Positions 37,351-45,712 of a DNA stretch of 45,931 bases are shown piece by piece (positions within the stretch are counted from its first letter, which is position 1; the number at the start of each line of letters is the position of its first letter). The notes below the pieces were generated by a model, which saw nothing but the letters and a program-made list of their open reading frames with translations, was not told where the DNA came from and searched no databases. Source of the stretch: Terrimicrobiaceae bacterium (GTDB taxonomy: Bacteria; Verrucomicrobiota; Verrucomicrobiia; Chthoniobacterales; Terrimicrobiaceae); assembly GCA_041752695.1 (NCBI GenBank), contig JBGSVZ010000023.1, forward strand, positions 1-45,931. Direction: 5' to 3'. The translations under genes and the position numbers were made by a program.

Positions 37351-37535
37351 GCCTTGACATCAAATTCCATTATGTCAGCCATGCTTTCGTGCGGATGACC
37401 CTGAAGACGGACGAGAAGGCGACCACCCGGGGAGCCGTCATCAGCGCATTTGCCCAGGGCCATCAGGCCTTGCTGACCCGAAATGCGGACAATTTTCGAG
37501 AATTCTTCCCCACACTTGCCATAGTTCAACCATAA
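37351..37535 (+). pseudogene. Collapsed vapBC relic (promoter + antitoxin N-terminus fused to PIN C-terminus)
   Basis: GCCTTGACATCAAATT shared with 39092-39107; GTG 37389 gives MRMTLKTDE (cf. MRTTLTLDD), then 'ISAFAQ...LLTRNADNFREFFPTL' PIN tail. Confidence 0.7.
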
Positions 37536-37611
37536 GGGTGCGTCGGACCGGGACGCGGCGAATTGTTGAGGCCCCCGGGCCATCCGGGAGGCAAGGCCTT
37601 TCCGTCGCACC

Positions 37612-38787
37612 TTGTCCCACGCATCTTCCAAGAAATTGAATCCCACATCCCACATTCCAAATTCCCCTTCAAAAGCCCTCCGGGTTTTAGTCGTCGCCCA
37701 GACGCCCCCGCCGTTTCACGGGCAGTCCATCATGACGCAGTATTTGCTGGAGGGACAGTATGAGACCCTGGAACTGCACCATATCCGGATGGCATTCTCG
37801 GAGAACCTCGAGCAGGTGGGCCGGGCGGGATTCGACAAGGTCCTGCACCTTTTTGGCCTGATCGTGGAGATTACCAAAGCGCGGGCGCGCCTGAAACCCG
37901 ATGTGCTGTATTTCCCACCGGCGGGGCCGAACATGGTCCCGTTTCTCCGGGACTGCGTGCTGTTGATCGCCACCCGGTGGATGTTCCCCAAGACCGTTTT
38001 CCATTTCCACGCGGCGGGCCTGCCCGAGCTCTTCGACCGTCTCTCAGGGCCGCTGAAAACCCTATTCCGGCTGGCTTACGACAAGCCCGACGTGGCCATT
38101 TCCATCAGCAAAAACGGCCTGCGGGATGCCGAGTTCCTTCATGCCAAACAGACCGCCCTGGTTCCCAACGGGATCCCCGATGTTTTCTGGGAGGATGGCC
38201 CCCGTGCCCGCTATAACTCCGTGCCCACCATTTTGTTTCTGGGCATGGTCTGCGAGGAGAAGGGGGTGGGCGTGTTGATCGAGGCCTGCAAGCTGCTGCA
38301 GGCACGGGGGGTCAAATTTTCCTGCAAAATCGCGGGCCGCCCCTCTTCTGAGGAAGAACTGGCAAAATTGCGCGAAAAAGCCGCGGAGCTCGGCACCTTG
38401 GTCACTTTTACCGGTCCGGTGAGCGGCGATGCCAAGTGGGAACTTTTCGCCGAATGTGATGTCTTCTGTTTTCCCACGTACTACGCCTCGGAGTCCTTCG
38501 GTCTCGTGGTGGTGGAAGCCATGATGTCCGGCATGCCCGTCGTGGCCTCGAACTGGCGTGCGCTCCCGGAAATCGTCGCCGAGGGCAAAACCGGTTTCCT
38601 CACGCCCGTCCAGGATCCAAAAGCCACCGCCGACAAACTGGCGAAGCTCCTGCGTGATCCCATCCTCCGGCAGGTGATGGGCAACTCGGCCCGCCACCGT
38701 TTCCTCGATCATTATCGCGTGGATGTGTTCCAGCACGGTATGGAGGCCGCCCTGGGCCTGGCGCGGGACAGTGTGGGAGGAAGCTGA
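37612..38787 (+). CDS. Glycosyltransferase family 4
   Basis: 'TPPPFHGQ', 'HFHAAG', 'FLGMVCEEKG', 'ESFGLVVVEAMMSG'; start codon uncertain. Confidence 0.92.
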   Translation: MSHASSKKLNPTSHIPNSPSKALRVLVVAQTPPPFHGQSIMTQYLLEGQYETLELHHIRMAFSENLEQVGRAGFDKVLHLFGLIVEITKARARLKPDVLYFPPAGPNMVPFLRDCVLLIATRWMFPKTVFHFHAAGLPELFDRLSGPLKTLFRLAYDKPDVAISISKNGLRDAEFLHAKQTALVPNGIPDVFWEDGPRARYNSVPTILFLGMVCEEKGVGVLIEACKLLQARGVKFSCKIAGRPSSEEELAKLREKAAELGTLVTFTGPVSGDAKWELFAECDVFCFPTYYASESFGLVVVEAMMSGMPVVASNWRALPEIVAEGKTGFLTPVQDPKATADKLAKLLRDPILRQVMGNSARHRFLDHYRVDVFQHGMEAALGLARDSVGGS

Positions 38788-38910
38788 ACACCCGTCCCGC
38801 AGCTGGGGGCCCGTCGTTTAGTAGGTCAATGGGAAGTGTGGGAACACTGGACATAGCACGATCTGCCCGGAGATCGGCCCGGAAGGAGTGAGAGACCGGA
38901 TGCTAGCACT

Positions 38911-38995
38911 GCAACTCAAACGTGTCGCCGGGAGGCAACCGAATGGAAGTCGCGGGAGTGACGGACATAGCCTGCCGCAGGCAGCCCGAAGGGTT
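38911..38995 (+). repeat. REP-like element (same family as 23.5, 31.2 and 39.9 kb)
   Basis: GCAACTCAAACGTGTCGCCGGGAGGCAACCGAATGGAAGTCGCGGGAG...GCAGCCCGAAGG; reverse-complement match to ~31222-31287. Confidence 0.85.
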
Positions 38996-39128
38996 GGCCG
39001 CCGGGGGAGGCGGAAAAGCAACCAAAGTGGAGAACCGCTGAACGTCAACCTCTCAACTTCATGGCATCCGGCATCGCTTCGCTCCCTTGATGCCTTGACA
39101 TCAAATTTCTCTATGCAATGATGCTGCC

Positions 39129-39392
39129 ATGCGCACGACCCTCACGTTGGATGACGATCTGGCGGGTATTTTGAAAAAGCGCTCCCGGGAATTGGGGCTG
39201 CCTTTTAAGGAGATGGTGAACAACGCGCTGCGAAAAGGTCTGCAGGAAGAAACGCCGACTCCGAAGCGGAACGTCATTACAGTGCGTCCGCATGATTTCG
39301 GATTCAAGGCGGGCATTGACTTCGATCGGATGAATCAGTTGAACGACGAGTTGGAGGTCGAGGCCTTTCTGGAAAAGGAGCGGAGGGAATGA
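39129..39392 (+). CDS. vapB: VapB-family (RHH) antitoxin
   Basis: 'MRTTLTLDDDL...KEMVNNALRKGL'; TTGACA at 39095. Confidence 0.9.
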   Translation: MRTTLTLDDDLAGILKKRSRELGLPFKEMVNNALRKGLQEETPTPKRNVITVRPHDFGFKAGIDFDRMNQLNDELEVEAFLEKERRE

Positions 39393-39832
39393 TCCTGCCG
39401 GACATCAATCTCCTCGTGTATGCCCACAATATCCGCGCCCGGCACCATGAGGAAGCGTGCGCATGGTGGAACAAATGTTTGTCCGAAAATACCGGTATTG
39501 CCTTGGCGTGGGTGGTTATCCTGGGGTTCATCCGCATCACGACCCACCCGAAAATTTTTCCCAATCCTTTGACACCGGAAGGAGCGCTTGACCGGGTGGA
39601 AGAGTGGCTGTCCCTGCCGCATGTGCATCTTGTCCAGCCGGGCGAATCTCATTTCCGGCAATTGCAAAAACTCCTGACGGCAGCCGGCACCGCCGGGAAC
39701 CTGACAACCGACGCCCACCTCGCCGCCATTGCCATCGAACGAGGCTTGATCCTCCATACCAGCGACGCGGACTTCTCGCGCTTTCCCGGCTTGAAATGGC
39801 AAAATCCTCTGGAGGGTCATCCTCCGGCATGA
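39389..39832 (+). CDS. vapC: VapC PIN ribonuclease toxin
   Basis: 'MILPDINLLVYA', 'FIRITTHP', 'DAHLAAIAIE', 'DADFSRFPGL.W.NPL'. Confidence 0.93.
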   Translation: MILPDINLLVYAHNIRARHHEEACAWWNKCLSENTGIALAWVVILGFIRITTHPKIFPNPLTPEGALDRVEEWLSLPHVHLVQPGESHFRQLQKLLTAAGTAGNLTTDAHLAAIAIERGLILHTSDADFSRFPGLKWQNPLEGHPPA

Positions 39833-39882
39833 CCCATTTCTGAAAGCCGGACATCGTTACCTTTCGTAAACCGCTTTCCACA

Positions 39883-40169
39883 GTTGCCCCCCGGCGACAC
39901 CTTCGACTTACCCCAACAGACGATGGCTCTATCGCGCTGGTGTGCTCCGTGGCTCCGCCACTGCGGTTGCCCCCGGGTTGTGCTCCCGCACCAAACATTC
40001 GAGTTTGCCATCAAGGAGACGCGCTTGCGCGCTGGTTTTCACCTTCGACCTGCCCAATTCTACGATGGCTCTAACGCGCGGGTGTGCTTCGTGGCTCCGC
40101 CACTGCGGTTGCCTCCCGGCTACACCTTCGACTTGCCCAATTCTACGATGGCTCTATCGCGCTGGTGTT
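39883..40169 (-). repeat. Modular REP-like element, inverted relative to 23486-23715
   Basis: CACCTTCGAC at 39898, 40040, 40123; hairpin GTGGCTCCGCCAC x2; extra ~60-bp module shared with ~31281-31350. Confidence 0.9.
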
Positions 40170-40271
40170 CTACAATCCACTTTCCACTGTTGCCTCACGG
40201 CCAAAAATCGACTTACCCTTATGTAAGGTTGTCCGGACCTTGCCGGACTGGTTTTCCTACTCCTTAATTCC

Positions 40272-41147
40272 ATGATCCTTCTCCTTGGCGGTTCCGGTTA
40301 CGTCGGCCAGGCCTTTGCAGCGCACCTCACCCGTCGCGGGCTGGAATTTGCCGCCCCGAAACACGCGGATCTCGACGCGCTTTCCAAAGATACCATTTCT
40401 TCGGTCGTCGCGATTCTCAAACCCGATCTGGTCATCAATGCCATCGGCTACACCGGCCGGCCCAACATCGATGGCACCGAAAGGGAGAAGCTCCATTGCC
40501 TGATCACCAACACCACCGTGCCGGGAATTCTGGGCGAAGTGCTCGGGGAACGGGGGATTCCGTTGGGGCATGTTTCGTCCGGCTGCATCTACGACGGCGC
40601 GCGGGCGGATGGCACACCGTTCACCGAGGAGGATCCTCCGAATTTCGCCTTCAGCCACCCCCGGGCCAGTTGGTACAGCCGCACCAAGGCCATGGCGGAA
40701 ACGATGCTGCGCGATTGCCCGACGGCCACGATCTGGCGTCTGCGTATTCCCTTTGATGAGTTCGACCACGAGCGGAATTACCTGACAAAAATCATGCGCT
40801 ACGAACGGCTGCTGGAGGTGACCAACACGATCTCGCAGCTCCAGGAATTTGTTCACGCGGCCCTGGAAACCCTTCTCCAGCGCCTGCCGCCTGGTATTTA
40901 CAATGTGACCAACCCCGGCGCGATCACGACAAGCGCGGTAGCCGAGGCCATTCGCCGCCACGGGCTCTGCGACAAGACGTTTGAGTTTTTCCACGACGAG
41001 GACGACTTCCTCTCCGCACCCGGACGCGTCAAACGCGCCAATTGCATCCTCAGCAACGCCAAACTGGCCGGTATGGGCCTCGGGCTGCGGGAAATCCATG
41101 AAGCCCTCGATGAGACGCTGGAGGGGTGGAAAAAGGGGAAAAGCTGA
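40272..41147 (+). CDS. NAD(P)-dependent NDP-sugar epimerase/reductase (RmlD-fold, NRS/ER-like)
   Basis: 'LLGGSGYVG', 'NAIGYTGRPNID', 'SSGCIY', 'FTEEDPPNF', 'YSRTK' (YxxxK), 'RLRIP'. Confidence 0.85.
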   Translation: MILLLGGSGYVGQAFAAHLTRRGLEFAAPKHADLDALSKDTISSVVAILKPDLVINAIGYTGRPNIDGTEREKLHCLITNTTVPGILGEVLGERGIPLGHVSSGCIYDGARADGTPFTEEDPPNFAFSHPRASWYSRTKAMAETMLRDCPTATIWRLRIPFDEFDHERNYLTKIMRYERLLEVTNTISQLQEFVHAALETLLQRLPPGIYNVTNPGAITTSAVAEAIRRHGLCDKTFEFFHDEDDFLSAPGRVKRANCILSNAKLAGMGLGLREIHEALDETLEGWKKGKS

Positions 41148-41339
41148 ATTGCTAACACGCTGCTGCAACGCAGGCTGTCGAGGGACGAGTGGAATCGTGA
41201 GTCGAGGGAGTTTTTTCGGGAGGATCATCCTCCGACATGACCCACTTCAAAAGATGGGACAGGCCGGCGAATGTCCATCCCGCCGGGAGCGAGACGCTTT
41301 GGTTTTGACACCCCGGTTCGGTATTACTATCGTATTTTC

Positions 41340-41540
41340 ATGACAACGGTAATGACGGTGAAACTGGATCCCGAACAGGTAAGACGCGTCACAAGCCTCG
41401 CGAAGAAATCCGGCGCGACCAAATCCGACGTCGTGCGGCGACTAATTGACGAAGCCGGATTGATCGAGACCGGCGACGATCTTGCGGCTTGGGTGGCCGA
41501 CCGCGAAGGTCGGGGATTTGGAATCCGACATCGTGGGTAA
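41340..41540 (+). CDS. CopG/RHH antitoxin
   Basis: 'MTVKLDPEQ...LAKKSGATKSDVVRRLI'; TTGACA (41305) -17- TATCGT -6- ATG. Confidence 0.8.
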   Translation: MTTVMTVKLDPEQVRRVTSLAKKSGATKSDVVRRLIDEAGLIETGDDLAAWVADREGRGFGIRHRG

Positions 41541-41922
41541 GCCCGCCGTAGTGGTGGACTCCTCGTTCCTCATCGCCTTGGAACAGGAGACGGCCACAGG
41601 TTCCCCCGGTCCAGCTCATCGGTATCTGCCTAAACTCCGGGGCAGAAAACTGGTACTCAGCGTCGTGACGGTGGAGGAACTGCTGGAGGGAGCGACGGAC
41701 GAGGTGGCTGCTATGAAATTCCTCACCCGGTTTACCATTCAGCCCCTGGGGCTGACACATGCGCGGCGGTGCGCAAGCAATCAACACCGCAGCGCCAGAA
41801 GGATGGGGGAAAACGACGCCTGGATCGTGGCCACGGCCGATTTGCTCGGTGCCGATATCCTCGGCGCGGACCGAAAAGCCTTCGAGCGACTGGAATCGCG
41901 GTATCTGCGATTTCAGGAGTAG
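41533..41922 (+). CDS. vapC: PIN-domain toxin (VapC)
   Basis: 'VVDSSFLIALE', 'SVVTVEELLEG', 'GENDAWIVATA', 'D.KAF'; GTG 41533 overlaps the antitoxin stop. Confidence 0.88.
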   Translation: MGKPAVVVDSSFLIALEQETATGSPGPAHRYLPKLRGRKLVLSVVTVEELLEGATDEVAAMKFLTRFTIQPLGLTHARRCASNQHRSARRMGENDAWIVATADLLGADILGADRKAFERLESRYLRFQE

Positions 41923-41979
41923 CCTGCACAGCCAAGCCCTTCCTTCGCTTTGTTAGCTTCTGTAAATCATCTTCTTCCG

Positions 41980-42918
41980 GTGCTTCCCGTCGTTGCCGCT
42001 GTCGTCACCCATCGCCGTCCGGCGGAATTGGAGCGACTGCTGCGTTGCCTCTCGGAGTCGGGGGTTCCCCTCGCGGGGTGCGTGATTTCCGATCATGCGC
42101 CGGGCGGCGAAACGCAAACGCTCGCCGCACAGGCGGGGGTGAAAACCCTCGTGTTGGACGACCCATCCAATCCCGGGCCGGGGGCAGGCTGGGCCAACGC
42201 AGCAAAGGCGGCCTTTGTTCATTTTCCCGACGCTGCCGCCATCTGGTATCTGGACGACGACGTGGTCGTCCCACCGGACGCCCTCGGCACCTTGTTGGAA
42301 GAGATGGCGAAAGCCGGAGCGGAATCTATCGCGCCGTTGCTCACGGACTCCGAGGGAAAGCTCTGGGCCTTCCCGGAACCCGAACCTCCCGCACTGCGGG
42401 ATGTCATCCGACAGGTCGGAACGCCGGTGGAGGCGCCCGCCCTGCTCGGCCTCGACCCCATTGCGTTCTGCTGGTGTACGGGAGCGTGTTATCTGGTACA
42501 AAAATCCGCCATCGAAAGGCTCGGGTTTCACCGCCTGGATTTCTGGCTGCTCGGGGAAGATCTGGAATACTCCATGCGGCTGGCGGCCCAGTCCAAGGCC
42601 GTTTTCACGGCCAGAGTGACCGTGCCGCACCTGCCTCCTCCGGCGGGTGATCCGGCCTCGGCGCAAAAATCGGACTACGTGAAGTTTTGCTCTTTATTGC
42701 AAAACCTGACCTATCTGGGATTCCACTCACCCCACAGCCGCCACATGAAACGTTATCTCCCGGGAAACTTCCGGCGCTTTTTTCGCTCGCACGCCCTGCG
42801 TCTGCGGACCCTACGGGACGCGGCTGCGTGCTTCTGGAATGGCGCGGTCCGGGGCCAGCCGGCGGGCGCGGCAGCGGGCCAGCAGCTGAGGGAACGAATC
42901 TCCCGCTATGAGTTCTGA
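41980..42918 (+). CDS. Glycosyltransferase family 2
   Basis: 'AVVTHRR', 'NPGPGAGW', 'WYLDDDV' (DxD), 'GEDLEYSMR'; start uncertain (GTG 41980 or TTG 41950). Confidence 0.88.
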   Translation: MLPVVAAVVTHRRPAELERLLRCLSESGVPLAGCVISDHAPGGETQTLAAQAGVKTLVLDDPSNPGPGAGWANAAKAAFVHFPDAAAIWYLDDDVVVPPDALGTLLEEMAKAGAESIAPLLTDSEGKLWAFPEPEPPALRDVIRQVGTPVEAPALLGLDPIAFCWCTGACYLVQKSAIERLGFHRLDFWLLGEDLEYSMRLAAQSKAVFTARVTVPHLPPPAGDPASAQKSDYVKFCSLLQNLTYLGFHSPHSRHMKRYLPGNFRRFFRSHALRLRTLRDAAACFWNGAVRGQPAGAAAGQQLRERISRYEF

Positions 42919-44875
42919 CCCCGCTCCCCCTTCGCACAAGGTGCTGGGAACCGCGGTGGACTGCGTGACGTACGAGTCCGCGTTGGCGCGGATCACGTCA
43001 TTGGCGGGAGCGCGCCGACCCACTGCGGTCTCGGCCTGCAACACCCATCTGGTGGCGCTGGCGCGGTCGGATTTCCAGTTTCATGCCGTGATGGAGCGGT
43101 TCGACCTCATCGCGCCGGATGGCTACCCGCTCATCTGGCGGCTGAACGCGCAGGGCGCCGGGCTGAAGGACCGCGTGTACGGCCCCTACCTGATGCGCTA
43201 CACGCTGCAGCACACCCCGGCCCCGTGGAGGCATTTCTTTTTCGGAGGCACCCCGGAATGCCTCGACAGGCTCGTCGGCGTGGCGAAAACCCTGCAGCCC
43301 GACATCCAGATCGCGGGCACGTTGTCTCCTCCGTTCCGCACCTGGACGGAAAATGACGAGGCGCAGTTTGCCCGGACCATCCGGGAGAGTGAGGCGGATT
43401 TCATCTGGGTGGCCCTTGGGGGGGAACGCCAGGAAAAATGGATCGTCCGCAACCTGCACCGGCACTGCAAGGGGGTGTTTTTTGCCATCGGTGACGCCTT
43501 CGAGCTTCTGGCGGGAAACCGTCCCTTTGCCCCAGCCTGGATGCAGCGTTTCGGTCTCACCTGGGCTTACCGCCTCGCCCAGGAACCCGGACGGCTGTGG
43601 GCGCGCTACCTCAAGTTCAACTCCCTTTTTCTCTATTATACGGTCCGGGATCGACTGCTGGGAACGCCCCGCCGGTATGCTGATCCCAGCCTGACGACCT
43701 CGCGTCCGCACGTCGCGTTTTTGGGCTCACGGGGTGTTCCGGCGCGCTACTCCGGTTTCGAAGTCGTGGTGGAAAATCTCGGCAGCCGCCTCGCGGAACG
43801 GGGGTATCCGGTGACAGTTTACAATCGCTATCCGCGCTACGACCTGCCGACAAAAGTCTTCAAAGGCATGCGCGTGGTCCTACTGCCGACCATCCCCACC
43901 AAGAGCCTCGACACCATTTCTCACACCGCGCTTTCAGCGCTGCACGCTCTGACCAAACGCTACGATGTCATTTACCTCTGCGGGGTGGGCAACGCCATCA
44001 TCGGCGGGTTCCTCCGGCTGCTCGGTTACAAGGTGATCATCAACGTGGATGGCGCGGATTTTAACCGGGCGAAATGGGGATCGATGGCCCGCAACTGGCT
44101 CCGCATCAGTGAACGCTGGGCGATGAAAATCGGCCATAAGGTGATTGCCGACAACAGTGAGATTGTCTCGCGCTACGAGCGGGAATACGGCCTCTCGCCC
44201 CTCCATCTCAGCTACGGCGCGATCTTGCGCGAGGAAAAGGTGGACTGCGGCGAACTGGCCAAGTGGAACCTCGCGCCCCGCAGTTACATTCTTTTTGTTT
44301 CCCGCCTCACGCCGGAGAATCAGGCCGACCTGCTCCTGCGCGCCTTCGCCACGTATCAGGGCCCGCTCAAGCTCGTGATTTGCGGCGGGGCCAACTATGA
44401 ACAGGCCCACTACCGGATGCTCCAGACCCTCGCCGACGACCGCGTGATTTTTACCGGTCCACGCTACGGCGACAGCTACCTCGAGCTGAGTCAAAATGCG
44501 GCGTTTTATGTGATGCCCGCGGACATCGAGGCCACCCGTCTCGTCCTCCTCGATCAGCTCGGCATGGGCGCGGCGATTCTTTACCACGACTGCGCCGCCA
44601 CCCGAGAAGTGGTGGCCGATGCGGCGGAACCCTTCCGCACCGAAGAGCCCGAAAAATCCCTCGCGGAAAAAATCACCTATCTTGCGGAAAATCCCGCCCG
44701 CTGTGAGGAACTGCGCCGCCTCGCGCTCCAGCGCGCGAAAGACACCTTCCACTGGGACCTCGTGGTGGACCGCTACGAACAGCTCTTCGAAGAAATCGGG
44801 GTGCCGGTGGGAAAAGTGAAGGGTGAAAAGTGGAAAGTGGAGACCCCGGAACCGTCGCAGCAGCGGGGCGGTTGA
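42908..44875 (+). CDS. WecB/TagA/CpsF (GT26) glycosyltransferase fused to a GT4 domain
   Basis: N-half 'APDGYPL', 'RVYGP', 'SPPFR', 'RQEKW', 'AYRLAQEPGRLWARY'; C-half 'GSRGVPARYSGFE', 'NVDG', 'SRLTPEN'. Confidence 0.9.
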   Translation: MSSDPAPPSHKVLGTAVDCVTYESALARITSLAGARRPTAVSACNTHLVALARSDFQFHAVMERFDLIAPDGYPLIWRLNAQGAGLKDRVYGPYLMRYTLQHTPAPWRHFFFGGTPECLDRLVGVAKTLQPDIQIAGTLSPPFRTWTENDEAQFARTIRESEADFIWVALGGERQEKWIVRNLHRHCKGVFFAIGDAFELLAGNRPFAPAWMQRFGLTWAYRLAQEPGRLWARYLKFNSLFLYYTVRDRLLGTPRRYADPSLTTSRPHVAFLGSRGVPARYSGFEVVVENLGSRLAERGYPVTVYNRYPRYDLPTKVFKGMRVVLLPTIPTKSLDTISHTALSALHALTKRYDVIYLCGVGNAIIGGFLRLLGYKVIINVDGADFNRAKWGSMARNWLRISERWAMKIGHKVIADNSEIVSRYEREYGLSPLHLSYGAILREEKVDCGELAKWNLAPRSYILFVSRLTPENQADLLLRAFATYQGPLKLVICGGANYEQAHYRMLQTLADDRVIFTGPRYGDSYLELSQNAAFYVMPADIEATRLVLLDQLGMGAAILYHDCAATREVVADAAEPFRTEEPEKSLAEKITYLAENPARCEELRRLALQRAKDTFHWDLVVDRYEQLFEEIGVPVGKVKGEKWKVETPEPSQQRGG

Positions 44876-44940
44876 TAAGCTTTCTCCGTTCCCTTCTGTA
44901 AACCCTTTTCACCTTCCACTTTCCACCTTCCGCTTTTCCC
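44809..44940. repeat. Heptamer-arm inverted repeat spanning a stop codon
   Basis: GGGAAAAGTGAAGGGTGAAAAGTGGAAAGTGG ... TTTTCACCTTCCACTTTCCACCTTCCGCTTTTCCC. Confidence 0.85.
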
Positions 44941-44941
44941 C

Positions 44942-45712
44942 ATGCTTTCCCTCGTCACTCCCTCGCTGAACCAGGGCCCGTGGATCGCGGAGATGCTCGA
45001 TTCCGTCCGGACCGCGGCGGAGGGGCGGGAGGTCGAACACTGGGTGATGGATGGCGGGAGCACCGACGACACTGTCAAGATTCTCGCGGCGCAAGAATTC
45101 ACCCGCTGGGTGAGCGAACCCGACCGCGGCCAGGCCGACGCCATCAATAAGGGCCTCGCCCGCGCCACGGGGGACATCCTCGGGTACCTCTGTGCCGATG
45201 ATACCCTCGAACCCGGCGCCCTCCAACTCGTCGAGGAGGCGTTTCGCCAACATCCCGGGGTGGACGTGGTCTATGGCGACGGCTTTTTTCTCGAGTCGGA
45301 CTCGGGCTGGAAACGCCGGAAATGCGCCGGGCCGTTTTCCTGGGCGCGCCTGCAGTCCGGCAATTTCCTCATCCAGCCCGCGGTGTTCTGGCGGCGATCG
45401 GTCTACGAACGGTTCGGGCCGTTTGACGCCAGCCTGCGCTTTTGCATGGATCATGAATACTGGCTGCGTATCGGCCCCCAGACCCGCTGGATGTATCTGG
45501 AGAAACCTCTTGCGACCTGCCGTTTGCACGCCGACGCCAAAACCTCCCGCTCCCTCGGCGAGGCCTGGAGGGAAGCCGCCCGCATGCAAGCCCGCTATGG
45601 CATGGTCTGGAGACCCCGCCTGGAAGCCCTCTGGATGAGCGTGGCGGGTCAGCATTATTACCGACTGAAGCGCCTGATTTTCGCCTCAGTCGGCCGGAGG
45701 CGGCGCGGATGA
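44942..45712 (+). CDS. Glycosyltransferase family 2
   Basis: 'SLVTPSLNQG', 'DGGSTD', 'SEPDRGQADAINKG', 'YLCADD', 'MDHEYWLR'. Confidence 0.93.
   Translation: MLSLVTPSLNQGPWIAEMLDSVRTAAEGREVEHWVMDGGSTDDTVKILAAQEFTRWVSEPDRGQADAINKGLARATGDILGYLCADDTLEPGALQLVEEAFRQHPGVDVVYGDGFFLESDSGWKRRKCAGPFSWARLQSGNFLIQPAVFWRRSVYERFGPFDASLRFCMDHEYWLRIGPQTRWMYLEKPLATCRLHADAKTSRSLGEAWREAARMQARYGMVWRPRLEALWMSVAGQHYYRLKRLIFASVGRRRRG

Noticed and set aside
40257..41228. Long antisense ORFs here and at 11372..12244, 12272..13108, 15248..16018, 20203..21102, 43934..44752
   Set aside because: Typical GC-rich antisense shadows of well-supported genes
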